Below, one piece after another: positions 48,337 through 58,800 of a stretch of 64,000 bases of DNA (the stretch's first letter is position 1; each line of letters starts with the position of its first letter). Position numbers and translations under genes: made by a program. Below the pieces are notes generated by a model, which was not told the origin of the DNA, ran no database searches, and was given only the letters and a program-made list of their open reading frames with translations. Source of the DNA: a virus; IMG/VR virus record IMGVR_UViG_3300050821_010764, positions 64,001 through 128,000 of that record. The stretch is one strand, 5' to 3'.

Positions 48337-48950
48337 TATCTATCTATTTTTCTTCGCTCATAAGAAGGGGTCAGATATTCTTGCGGCGGATTGTTAGCTA
48401 GCTTGCAAAACATTTCAGCTTTCTGTAACAACAAAGAATGTTTTTGTCTCTCTGGACCTTTTAACGGAAAGGTAATGAAAATACGATCATCTCCATGATC
48501 TCCGCCCCATAAAACAAGCTCTTGAACAGAAAATTCTACCGGGTCAATCTTGAAATCATCTATTTCATCATCTGCATACGACAGAGTGATATGCGGTTTA
48601 TAGTCTTTGAAAGTTTTAGAGTATTCTATTTTGCAGTCATCGAACTCTTTAGCTAATTTCTCGTGTAGCTCATGTAATTCAGCTGATTTGACTCTAGCAA
48701 CGACGGCACACTTATCCTCACGTTTGGGAAAGCAAGTGACCTCATCAATTTCTGCTATAAAGGGTTTTACTTTGGAAACTACATCGTAAGTAGCTTCAAG
48801 AGCATGAGCTATTTCAGCAATAGGCCAATTTTCTTCAAAATGCAAAATAGTAATGTGCATATCGGACGGGGCAGTGTTTTTACCCGGCGTTTCAATGCCC
48901 GCTAATAAGCGTCCAGTTTCGTGAGGGATTCTAATTCCTAAAAAAGCCAT
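48336..48950 (-). CDS. 2H phosphoesterase (2'-5' RNA ligase / Acb1-like fold)
   Basis: Two HxT motifs: MHITI and PHITL. Confidence 0.85.
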   Translation of the reverse strand: MAFLGIRIPHETGRLLAGIETPGKNTAPSDMHITILHFEENWPIAEIAHALEATYDVVSKVKPFIAEIDEVTCFPKREDKCAVVARVKSAELHELHEKLAKEFDDCKIEYSKTFKDYKPHITLSYADDEIDDFKIDPVEFSVQELVLWGGDHGDDRIFITFPLKGPERQKHSLLLQKAEMFCKLANNPPQEYLTPSYERRKIDR

Positions 48951-48962
48951 GGTTACCTATGT

Positions 48963-48991
48963 ATCTTATATCCGGGCGTGCCCTTTGTCAA
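48963..48991 (-). promoter_or_regulatory. Sigma70-type promoter for the 2H phosphoesterase/methyltransferase pair
   Basis: TTGACA-N17-TAAGAT on the minus strand. Confidence 0.65.
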
Positions 48992-49024
48992 GATGGTAAA
49001 ATATGACTATTTTCGTATCGTCAT

Positions 49025-49546
49025 ATGGCTTCTAAAAACGATAAACTACCTCTATCCGCAGTTAAGAAACTGCCCTATAAGTCTTTGAATCGTATGATAA
49101 AGAAAATGAGGGAGTATCTTAAACATGATGGCGTGGTCCAAGAAATGTTTAAAGAGTATGGTGTGGATATCGCAGAAATTGACCTGATTCCCATGAAGTT
49201 TGGTAACTTAGATGTCTCTGCCAAAACTGATCATGGAGTTATTACTTTCAATTACAAATTACTAACTGATGGCGACTTTTTCAAGGACTTCTCTTACGGT
49301 GTCCATGAAATGACCCATTGGCTTCAGCAGACTACAGGCGATAAGCCTACGCAAAGTGCTGATGACGGAGAATATCTGGATAATCCATTCGAACAAGAGG
49401 GCTTCCAGAACCAAGTAGAGTATATTGCTAATCAATTTGGCAAAGATGAAGCCGAAAATTATGTGGATGACTTGCTAGATCATCATGATGTCGAAGGCAA
49501 AAAGGAATTTAAAGAAAAGAAAGAGACCTTGATGTCTAAAGTTTGA
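49025..49546 (+). CDS. Putative zincin metallopeptidase
   Basis: HEMTH (HExxH) with downstream YLDNPFEQE. Confidence 0.65.
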   Translation: MASKNDKLPLSAVKKLPYKSLNRMIKKMREYLKHDGVVQEMFKEYGVDIAEIDLIPMKFGNLDVSAKTDHGVITFNYKLLTDGDFFKDFSYGVHEMTHWLQQTTGDKPTQSADDGEYLDNPFEQEGFQNQVEYIANQFGKDEAENYVDDLLDHHDVEGKKEFKEKKETLMSKV

Positions 49547-49574
49547 GTAGAAGCTAATAAACTAGAATAATAGT

Positions 49575-51539
49575 ATGGTTTTCTACCCTAATCCATCTAA
49601 TGTCGGAACTAATCAAGTATCTTCGCTTGGTGACGGATACACTATTAATGTTACCTGGTTTCCAGCCGAACATTCTGCTCCGAAAAACAAGATAGCCTAT
49701 CAAATTTACTACTCTATCGTCAAAGAGACTGTCTTTGCCGAAGGACCTAAGCTTGTTTCCATTGATGGCGCCACTTCCGCCAATATCATCGATTTAACTC
49801 CAGGACAAGACTATTTTATTGCGGTTAGACCTGTAGAATACGATCCAACCATTTTTGATTTGACTTTGCTCCCCATTGCTCATGATAATCTAAGGTTTTA
49901 CCCACACAGCATCCTAAGACACGATATGACAGCTGCCGATTTGGTGGTGCCACTTCTAGATGTAGAAGGCTTCCCTGATGCTGGAGTAGTTAAAGTAGGT
50001 GTCGAACTCATTAGATATTTGGCTATTGATCATGTCAATAACAACCTTGTTGTTCCTGCCGGTGGCGGAGGTGCTCAACCAGTTCGATTAGTGGACCAAG
50101 GTGGTGGTAATTTCTTTACCGCCTCTCCTTCCAATGTTGGTCATGGCTCTGTTACTAATTTAACTGCCGTCTCTGGTTCTGGTGGTCCAACTGAAACTTG
50201 GACTATTAAATGTGTTTTCGTGCAAAGAGATATGTCCAACAACCCAATGCCGGGCACTGCTCAGTTTATTGCTATTGGCACCGTCTCTGGTCAAAAATTA
50301 GATGTACACGGTAATCCATTTGTCTGGACTGCCAATGGAATGGTCGTCTCTAACGGTATTTTAAGTTTTTCCATTACTGAAACGGCTCCGCCATTTAGAC
50401 CAGGTGATTTATTCACTATCAAAGTAGCTGGAGCAGTCGCAGGTGCTGCGAGCGGGCGCGGCTATAACAATTCTACTGCCACTCTTCATACAGTGGGCGG
50501 CTCCGATGGACTTAATACTTGGGATCCAACTGTGCCACTATTTACAGTCGGAGAAGACTCCCGTTGGGACCTAATCTATATTTGCCAATCACGTTTCGAG
50601 TATCCTCATTTTCCATTTACCATGGTGGATGGTTATCACCAGGTTGCCAAAGATTTGCTATCCACAGATTTATCCGCAGCTGATGCTGCTAACGTTACTT
50701 TCCCGGCATTCGACTTCGCAGGATATCATAGAACTGATCCAGTACAATTATTGAATGGTACTTGTGTAGGCAGCTACATTGGTGGAGAAATGGGTTGTAT
50801 TGATGGATATGGTAACGTACAAATTCTAAGAGGGTTTTCCTTACAAGATCAAAATACTCAGAGACAAGATGTCTTGCTATCGGTAACTGGTAAGCCAGCT
50901 GTTTTGATTAAGAGGGTGCAGACCGGAATTACTTGTAATTGTTATCTTCCATCTAGCGAGCATCCAGATGATAGATGTCCATTTTGCTATGGTACCAAAT
51001 TTGTTTTCGGTTACGAGCAATATTTTAATCCGCGCCGTTCTGATGGTAGAATTTTGGTTAGACCAGGACCAACCGAAGAAAGTTTAAAACGATATGAAGC
51101 CGGTATGGAGTCAGAGTTTCCATTGGACTTGTGGACACTAACTGTTCCCACTATCAAGATGAGAGATATCATTGTAATGTTTGACCAGGATGACAATGAA
51201 GAGTTTAGATATGAAGTGGCGGGTGTCATTAGAAACAATACCATCAATGGTCTAGATGGTGGTCAACATTTCAAGGTGATTAGAATTAGAAAGTTTGACC
51301 CAGCTTATCAAATCAGAATATTTAGAAATACTGCGGACTTCCCAAGCAAGCTGAATACTAGCATTGGATTCGTTCCTGGTATTCCTCCTCATACTCATGA
51401 GATCGTCATAAATGAGAAGATTATGTCGGTCAATCAAATAAATCAAACTACAGCGGTTTCACAGGGACATAATCATCCAATCGTCAATGGACAGGTTATG
51501 GAAGCGCTAGGGCATACCCACACTATCATCTTGCCGTAA
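49575..51539 (+). CDS. Multi-domain virion protein (FN3-like N-terminus, sheath-shared domain, neck/head-closure-like C-terminus)
   Basis: FN3-like DLTPGQDYFIAVR; CNC...CPFCYG; terminal HTH/HNH/HTH tripeptides; three DGY motifs. Confidence 0.6.
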   Translation: MVFYPNPSNVGTNQVSSLGDGYTINVTWFPAEHSAPKNKIAYQIYYSIVKETVFAEGPKLVSIDGATSANIIDLTPGQDYFIAVRPVEYDPTIFDLTLLPIAHDNLRFYPHSILRHDMTAADLVVPLLDVEGFPDAGVVKVGVELIRYLAIDHVNNNLVVPAGGGGAQPVRLVDQGGGNFFTASPSNVGHGSVTNLTAVSGSGGPTETWTIKCVFVQRDMSNNPMPGTAQFIAIGTVSGQKLDVHGNPFVWTANGMVVSNGILSFSITETAPPFRPGDLFTIKVAGAVAGAASGRGYNNSTATLHTVGGSDGLNTWDPTVPLFTVGEDSRWDLIYICQSRFEYPHFPFTMVDGYHQVAKDLLSTDLSAADAANVTFPAFDFAGYHRTDPVQLLNGTCVGSYIGGEMGCIDGYGNVQILRGFSLQDQNTQRQDVLLSVTGKPAVLIKRVQTGITCNCYLPSSEHPDDRCPFCYGTKFVFGYEQYFNPRRSDGRILVRPGPTEESLKRYEAGMESEFPLDLWTLTVPTIKMRDIIVMFDQDDNEEFRYEVAGVIRNNTINGLDGGQHFKVIRIRKFDPAYQIRIFRNTADFPSKLNTSIGFVPGIPPHTHEIVINEKIMSVNQINQTTAVSQGHNHPIVNGQVMEALGHTHTIILP

Positions 51540-51579
51540 GTAATAAAGTCACATAATACTAGTAAATTGAGGCACATAT

Positions 51580-52812
51580 ATGAGCGATCCTTTAGTTCCT
51601 AACTTCAAAAAAGGTGTTGGCAGATTAGCCACTGATCGATTTGATTTTGAAGATCATGTCGAAGGGAAGAGATTTAGGCATAAGGCTAACCAAATAGATT
51701 TATTTCCTACTGTTGTAGTTGCTACCGTTCCCCAAACCAATGTTCAAGGTGCTATTGCCGCTCTAGCAGCAGCCGTTGGTACTCCTGTTGTTCCAGACGC
51801 TACCACCTCAGCTAAAGGTATTGTTCAGTTAGCTGGAGATATCGGTGGAACTGCCATCAATGTTATAGTGACTAGAATTCAGGCGAAGCCTATTAGTACA
51901 GTGGTTCCTAATACCAATGATGTATTAACTTGGAACGGATCTACCTGGACACCAGCACCTATTGTTAGCTCATTCATTCCAAATAACGATCTTTCTGGAA
52001 GCAATGTTAGTCAAAATGTTATTGGTTTAACTGGAACTGGAACTAGCCCTAATGCTACTGTTAGCGCTAAATGTGATATCATTAATTTTGCTGCTTCAAC
52101 CATACCATTTATTGAGCAGGCAAGAGCCAGTGCCGGAGATGGTGGTAATTTTACTATTCAAGCACAGGGTGGAAATTTTGCTGATTCTGGACATGGTGGA
52201 AGTCTTATATTGCACGGCGGCGGAGACGGATTTGAATCTCATGTTAATGGTGGTGTTGCCATGTTGTTGGGTGATGGCACTTACATGGTAGAGAGCGTTG
52301 GAGTTGATAATAGCGGTTCTGGAAGTAAAGTTCTTTCTTTGCTTGCTAATAGCGCGATTACTTCTACTCAAATGCCAGCCAACACTGGCAGTAGAGTTAT
52401 TTACATTTCTGACACCGGTATTCCACCAGGTTCTGGTATTCCAGTTGGTGGAACTATTTTGTTTTCAGCTGGCGGCAAATTATCTATAAAACAAGGAGAT
52501 GGTGCCCAATTTGTTATCTCTCCAAATTATTTGCCGACCCGAACTATCACGGGCAACTACGCCATGACCGTAACTGATGTTGTTATTTTAGTGGACACTA
52601 GCTCTCTGTCTATCTCAGTCACTTTACCCGTACCAGAATCAGGCAGAAGAGTTGTTGTTAAGGACTCCAAAGGTTTTGCTGCGACACGTAATATTTCCAT
52701 ACTAAGATTTGGAGTTGAAAAGATTGAAGGATTAGCCGCCACTAAATTAATAACCGCTAACTGGGGATCTGTTACACTTGATTCTGATGGTACGGACTGG
52801 TTCATAGTCTAA
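51580..52812 (+). CDS. Tail-fibre-like protein
   Basis: PDATTSAKGIVQLA fibre repeat; C-terminal VTLP...VVVKD...SDGTDWF domain. Confidence 0.75.
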   Translation: MSDPLVPNFKKGVGRLATDRFDFEDHVEGKRFRHKANQIDLFPTVVVATVPQTNVQGAIAALAAAVGTPVVPDATTSAKGIVQLAGDIGGTAINVIVTRIQAKPISTVVPNTNDVLTWNGSTWTPAPIVSSFIPNNDLSGSNVSQNVIGLTGTGTSPNATVSAKCDIINFAASTIPFIEQARASAGDGGNFTIQAQGGNFADSGHGGSLILHGGGDGFESHVNGGVAMLLGDGTYMVESVGVDNSGSGSKVLSLLANSAITSTQMPANTGSRVIYISDTGIPPGSGIPVGGTILFSAGGKLSIKQGDGAQFVISPNYLPTRTITGNYAMTVTDVVILVDTSSLSISVTLPVPESGRRVVVKDSKGFAATRNISILRFGVEKIEGLAATKLITANWGSVTLDSDGTDWFIV

Positions 52813-52822
52813 AGGAAATTCC

Positions 52823-53647
52823 ATGGGACTATCAAGGCTAAATAAAAAACTCTTCACTTCATCTGGAACTTGGCTCGCACCTGCTGGCATTACTCAAATC
52901 ACAGTATTTGGTATGGGTGCTGGTGGTGGTGGAGGAGGTGGAGGTGGCGGAGGCATTACTAATCCTGGAGGAGGAGGATCTGGTGGTGGTGGAGCTATTC
53001 ACAACGTACAAATTATCACCGTAGTTCCAGGCGTTTCATATGCCATTACTATTGGTGGAGGGGGTGCGTCTGGTAGTGGTGGTACTGGTGGAGGCAATGG
53101 TGGTAATGGTGGAGATGGTGGTGATACTACTTTTGATGGTCTTGCTACATTCTATGGTGCTGGAGGTGGATTTGGTGGTAGAGGAAATTTTGGTGGCAAC
53201 TCTTTCGTTGTAGGTGGGGCTCCCCGTCGTGGGTTATTTCCGGGTTCTGGTGATGGCGCTCCGAGTAATCCGGGTCAAGGTGGTTTTGGTATTACCAGAG
53301 GTTGGTCTGTTGCAAGGGTTGGAGCCCTTCTTCTTAATGGTGGGGCAACGGCTGCTGGTCCTGGTGGTGGTTCTGGTGGTCCAGGTTTTGATGGTACTGA
53401 TTTGGGTGGAGGTGGAGGAGGCGGTGGTGGAGCTAGTACTTGGAATGGAATGCAGGCAGGATTTGGAAATCCTGGTGGACCAGGTTTTCCAATCAATGGT
53501 GGTAGCGGTCAAGTTGGTCCCAGTTTAGGTGCGGGTGGTGGAGGTGGAGGCGGTGGCGGCGGCACCGATTCAGGTCAACCATTGCGTGGTGGTGCCTCAG
53601 GAACAGCTGGCGCTTCGGGCGCGTTAATAATTTTGTGGATAGAGTAA
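52823..53647 (+). CDS. Glycine-rich fibre-associated protein A
   Basis: FTSSGTW.AP.G.T N-terminus and poly-Gly tracts. Confidence 0.8.
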   Translation: MGLSRLNKKLFTSSGTWLAPAGITQITVFGMGAGGGGGGGGGGGITNPGGGGSGGGGAIHNVQIITVVPGVSYAITIGGGGASGSGGTGGGNGGNGGDGGDTTFDGLATFYGAGGGFGGRGNFGGNSFVVGGAPRRGLFPGSGDGAPSNPGQGGFGITRGWSVARVGALLLNGGATAAGPGGGSGGPGFDGTDLGGGGGGGGGASTWNGMQAGFGNPGGPGFPINGGSGQVGPSLGAGGGGGGGGGGTDSGQPLRGGASGTAGASGALIILWIE

Positions 53648-54469
53648 ATGAGTAGATTAAACACACAAACATTTCTTTCATCTGGAACTTGGACTGCACC
53701 TGCGGGTGTAACCCAAGTTACACTGTTTGGTATTGGTGGCGGCGGCGGTGGTGGTGGCGGAGGAAGTGGAGGAACAGGATCTCCTGGATTGCCTGGTACT
53801 GGTGGTGGTGGAGGTGGCGGAGCCATTCATAGAATACTCACAGTTAATGTTGTTCCAGGAACCGTATATACGATAACTATTGGCGCTGGCGGCGGAGGCG
53901 GGTCAGGTAGTGGAGGTGGCGCTAATGGTGCTCCTGGTGGAGATGCTGGTGATACTACCTTTGATGGTCTTGCTACATTTCGTGGAGCCCAAAGGGGTTC
54001 AGGAGGCGTTGCGGCTACAACTGGTACAACCACTTTTGGTCCTGCTGGACAGCCAGCTAAGTTGGTTTCTTTTGGTGTTGGTCTTGGAGCGCAAGAAAAT
54101 GTTGGTTCGGGTGGTGAAGGAGTTAGTAGAGGTGTAGCAGTTAGCACTTCAGTAGCTAGTGGTAGTGGAACTGCAAACAATGTTGGGGGCGGTGGCGCTT
54201 TTGCTGGTGGTGATGATCAAGCTTTAGGTGGTCAAGGTGGAGGTGGTGGCGGTGCTAGTACTTGGCCAGGCGGAAATGGTGGAACTGGTATTCCTGGAGG
54301 TCCAGGTTACGCTATTAATGGCGGTGGTGGATCTGCTGGACCAGGTATTGCTGGGGGTGGAGGAGGTGGTGGTGGCGGTGGTGGAACTGTTACTGGTCAG
54401 CCGCTACGTTCTGGCAGTAATGGACAAGCTGGTGGCAGTGGCGCATTAACAGTTACGTGGGTAGAATAA
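53648..54469 (+). CDS. Glycine-rich fibre-associated protein B
   Basis: Paralogue of A. Confidence 0.8.
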   Translation: MSRLNTQTFLSSGTWTAPAGVTQVTLFGIGGGGGGGGGGSGGTGSPGLPGTGGGGGGGAIHRILTVNVVPGTVYTITIGAGGGGGSGSGGGANGAPGGDAGDTTFDGLATFRGAQRGSGGVAATTGTTTFGPAGQPAKLVSFGVGLGAQENVGSGGEGVSRGVAVSTSVASGSGTANNVGGGGAFAGGDDQALGGQGGGGGGASTWPGGNGGTGIPGGPGYAINGGGGSAGPGIAGGGGGGGGGGGTVTGQPLRSGSNGQAGGSGALTVTWVE

Positions 54470-55332
54470 TGACTCTTAGTAAATTCAACAAACAACTATT
54501 TACTTCTTCTGGAACTTGGACAGCTCCTTCTGGAGTTACTGTTGTCATTTTACGTGGTATTGGAGGCGGTGGAGGTGGAGCTGGTGGAGGTGGAGGAGAT
54601 ATTAACGTAGCTGGAGAGGGTGGCGGAGGTGGAGGTGGTGCACGACAGAATACGGCAGTGTTAGACGTTATACCGGGAGTTGTTTATTCGGTTAATATTG
54701 GTATTGGTGGAACGGGCGGTTTAGGGGGAGGAACTGGTTCAGTTAGTGCTCCTGGTGGCAATTCTACAGATGGACAGGACACTACCTTTGCAGATCCTAC
54801 TCCGACCACATTAGCAACATTTCGTGGAGCTAGTGCGACATTTGGCGGAGTCAATGCTAATGAAGGAACTATTTCGGCAGTAGGCGGACCGCCAGTAAAA
54901 GGATTATGGCCTTCTGGTTCTACCACTGGTGGTTCAGGTGGTCATCCACATAATACAGGTCAAGGTGGAGATGGTATTGGTAGAGGTAATGCTGGTGTAG
55001 ATTTTCTTCGTTTAGATGGCGCCTCTACTGAAGCTGGCACGGCAGGCGGTCGTGGAGCTTTAGGGACTAACGGTGGTAGAAATGGTGGAGGCTCTGGCGG
55101 AGGTGGTGGTGCGAGCACTTGGGAAGGTGGAACGGCAGGAGCTGGTGGAAATGGAACTCCCGGATTCGGAGCTTCTGGTACTGGTCCATTTACTGGTGGT
55201 GCAGGTACATTAGGTGGTGGCGGAGGTGGGGGCGGTGGTGGCGGTGGAACTATCAATGGACAACCATTGCGTGCAGGACAAGCCGGTGGTAATGGCGGAA
55301 ATGGTGCTTTAGAAATTAGTTGGGTTGAATAA
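54469..55332 (+). CDS. Glycine-rich fibre-associated protein C
   Basis: Paralogue of A and B; TAATG coupling gives the start at 54469. Confidence 0.8.
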   Translation: MTLSKFNKQLFTSSGTWTAPSGVTVVILRGIGGGGGGAGGGGGDINVAGEGGGGGGGARQNTAVLDVIPGVVYSVNIGIGGTGGLGGGTGSVSAPGGNSTDGQDTTFADPTPTTLATFRGASATFGGVNANEGTISAVGGPPVKGLWPSGSTTGGSGGHPHNTGQGGDGIGRGNAGVDFLRLDGASTEAGTAGGRGALGTNGGRNGGGSGGGGGASTWEGGTAGAGGNGTPGFGASGTGPFTGGAGTLGGGGGGGGGGGGTINGQPLRAGQAGGNGGNGALEISWVE

Positions 55333-55395
55333 TCTGATTAGGTCGGCATAAAAGCGCAATATACCAATTCTTTTGCATGTCTATAAGGAGTTACT

Positions 55396-55833
55396 ATGGA
55401 TCCGATTCTTCAAACCCTATTAAGTTGGCAGTTTCTTATTTTTGGACTTGCCGTTGCCTCTATTATGTTTGTCTTGAGAAAATTTGTCGAATATCTCATG
55501 GCTAATTGGTCACCTGCATCCAAAGAATCAAAACTTTGGAATGATCTATTAATGCCAATTTTGCCAGTTCTTTTGGGTGCTTTCGGAGCTTTACTGTTTA
55601 AAACATATCCATATCCAGATGGTTTAGTTACTACTGGCGGAAGAGTTATTTTTGGATTAGTAGCAGGTCTTCTATCCACTCTATTTTATAGGGTAATTAA
55701 GGCACTAATGATTCAGAGAATAACTGGTGCACCCACCCCAACTACTACAGCTGGTAATCCAGATGCACCCGTTGATCCAGCAGCAGATGTAAATGATTTA
55801 GCAAATCAAGTAAGACAAACAATCAATAAATGA
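55396..55833 (+). CDS. Small membrane protein with three hydrophobic helices (holin-like)
   Basis: Three hydrophobic segments; AAGGAG RBS. Confidence 0.55.
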   Translation: MDPILQTLLSWQFLIFGLAVASIMFVLRKFVEYLMANWSPASKESKLWNDLLMPILPVLLGAFGALLFKTYPYPDGLVTTGGRVIFGLVAGLLSTLFYRVIKALMIQRITGAPTPTTTAGNPDAPVDPAADVNDLANQVRQTINK

Positions 55834-55873
55834 GAATTTCAGTTATATATTTACTGAAATTAGCCGGTGAGAT

Positions 55874-58800
55874 ATGAGCAAATTCCCTTCAGACTTTGAT
55901 GATGACACAACCCTGCCGTTTATAAACGACAATTTGAATGACATTGGTGGAGAAGCCATCAATGCTCTTCGTGATGTCGCATTTGCGCTTGAGCAAAATA
56001 TTGGTTTAGGAGCTGCCGGTACCACTAATTCTATCGCCGATAGACTAGGTGTTTCTATCAATCCTAACGGCACCATCAAAGCCTCTGCTATTGCCAGCTT
56101 AGGACTAGTTACCCTACCTATTCGTCAAGATCAGATTGCTGATGATGCTGAAATCCCAGAATCTAAATTAAGATTAGACCACAGAACCCAAGACCTGTTT
56201 AACTACATCAGAGATTTATCTGGAGACGTTAATCTAGCTTTGGGGTGGATCTCTGTCAGTGGAGTTAAACTAGAACCACATCTGATTGGTGCTATTTATC
56301 GACACACCATGGATCAAATTGATGTGACCGGTGATCCAATTGGTTTTCCTTTCCTAAAAAATAAGTTTAGACAGTTTAGAAATAATCTACAATCTTATAA
56401 TCTAGTTAATGATATCAATAATGAGTTACTAGCTCATCAATGGGCAGATGGTTCTAATTTTACCACTGGAACCGTTGTCACTAACAATGGTTCTTTATTT
56501 TCTGCCAATTACGGACATACCGCTAGTGGTATCTTCCTAAATACCACTAGATTTGTTAATATCCCTCAAATTGCTGACGATTTACAATTGTTTGCTGAGT
56601 TTATTGACGAGTCCAGCATTCTATTGTTGGGCACCAGAATTCAAAATCTATACTCTAATGGTATTTCTAGAGTTTCTAGATCTTCTAGTTTAAGCATCGA
56701 TGGCTATGGACAGTCCATTATTCCAATGACCCCTGCCATTGCTTACTTGAAGAATATTGGATCTAACAGCACTCCATTCGATGATATCGATAGGGGCGAC
56801 GACATTATCGAATTCAAACCATTGGCAGCCGCCAAAACCTCTAAATCTTTTGATGAGCAATTCGCGTTGGTTAAAGTTGGCGATATCATTAGAATCAACT
56901 ATGGCACCATTGAGACCTCTTTTATCATTAAAGAGAAAAAATATATTGCTGCCTCTCAGAAATATCTAGTTAGAATTGCCGGTAAAAACCTATTCTATTC
57001 TCCTATTGCTGTTGCCCGTATTGACCGTCCGCTAGTCAATAACAATAAGTTTGGTGTACTGGCTATTGCTCCTGCCAACAACCAGTTCAATCAGATACCA
57101 AGTCTGGTTGTGGGTAGCCCTCGTGGTGCTCAGGCACTAGGAGTTGGATTTAGCTCTGATGAGTTTAATGAAACTCATTATCTATTGTATCTAGCTTTGT
57201 ATCCAACTGGATCACCTCAAGATGGATATACTATTCTGCCTGGTATCGATGTCACTGGTAACAGAGGACAAACTCCAGGAGCTTATACTCTTGATTCCAT
57301 TGTAGATGCAACCAACGCAGCCCTTAGAAAACCAGGGTTTAATTACCGCTTCATTGCCTTCTCTTATCAAGGCGAGTTTGGTATCATGTTGGCAGATCCT
57401 TACAGTGATACGGCATTCTCAGTGCTCAGTGCGGTGGTTAAACCAGATGGAACTTTTGATGCAGTAGCCACTGGCATAGTATTTCAGAATAATGTTGTAG
57501 ACTTATTTCCAGTCCCACCACATACCGTCGCACCTGACCCTCTTGGATTTGGTCCTTTTGGCGCTAATATTGCCAGCCCTCCATTCATGCTTTCTTATGG
57601 CTCCACAGAAGCCTCTCAGAACCCGACCAGACTATTTGTTCCACTAAAAAGAAACAACTACTATGTCAACGGCGCTGAGAAGGAAAGACTTAATCTACAG
57701 CCAGGACAAGCTTTGGATGGCTATGGTGATGGTTACTGGGTAGGTACTATTCAAGTGCCACTTCCTGTTACAGGCGGTAGAGTAGAAAAAGTTTATCGTG
57801 TAGCTCAAGATCTATCTACTTCTGATTTGAAAATTGGTAAGACACTAGTTGTTCAGTCTTTGGGAGCTGGTAGTCTGTTAGATTTTGGTCGCTTCATCAT
57901 CAAAGATATCAATTTTGGATGTAACCCCGCCAACTTCACTGATATTACGGTGTACGATGCTGTTCATGCACAAGGATTTTCACCAACACCGACTTTAGGA
58001 TCAGACGGTAATCCCGCCAATGTTGCGCTGTATTTTAACTCTGATTCTGTTTCCTTTAATGCAGAAACGGCGACCGATTTCGTAGCTGTATCTCCGTTTA
58101 AGAGACATTTTGAAGTATATATTGATCAATTCAGTAATACCTTTACTCATGAAAGAGGTAGAATGGGTATTAGCGGTAGCAATATCGTTATTGATACTCC
58201 TACTCCAGTAACTCTATATGGTTCTACCCAACCAGCCAAGCTAGACATTATTAAAATTTCTCCAAAGTTAAGAGGATATCAGTTCGGTCCAGTCACTAAG
58301 ATCAATCTCAATATTATTGCTTTTGATTCTGCCAGCGGAATCTACGACGGATACTTATCCTCTTTCGATGGCAGCTTCCATACACACCTTGGTCCGACAA
58401 TCAACGGCAAAAAAGGTGAGGTCACTAGATTCTACGATGAGACTAATATTGATTACATTGATGTGTTGTTTGACATCACCACCATCGTTGGTTCTTTTGC
58501 TTTACAGAACATAGACATTCAACTATTTCCAACTTTGTCGTTGGATGATGAGGTTATGTTAATCGGAACCTGTCAGCTAAACGACACTACTAAATTTGTC
58601 AATCGTGTACGAGATGAAAGACAGTTTGGAAACACTAGTGAAAAAGAACTTAGCACTTCTGCTTTGAATTTCATCGCACTACCAGAAAGACTACTACACT
58701 TCAACGGAGTTATCAGAGGATTTGATATTGTTGATGTAAATGCCGAGGTTATTACATTAACCGGTGGGCAGGCTCTTGTCAATGGTAAATTCCAACTTCT

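Noticed and set aside
52823-55332. Minus-strand Pro-rich ORFs and GGN microsatellite-like tracts
   Set aside because: Mirror products of poly-Gly codons on the + strand.
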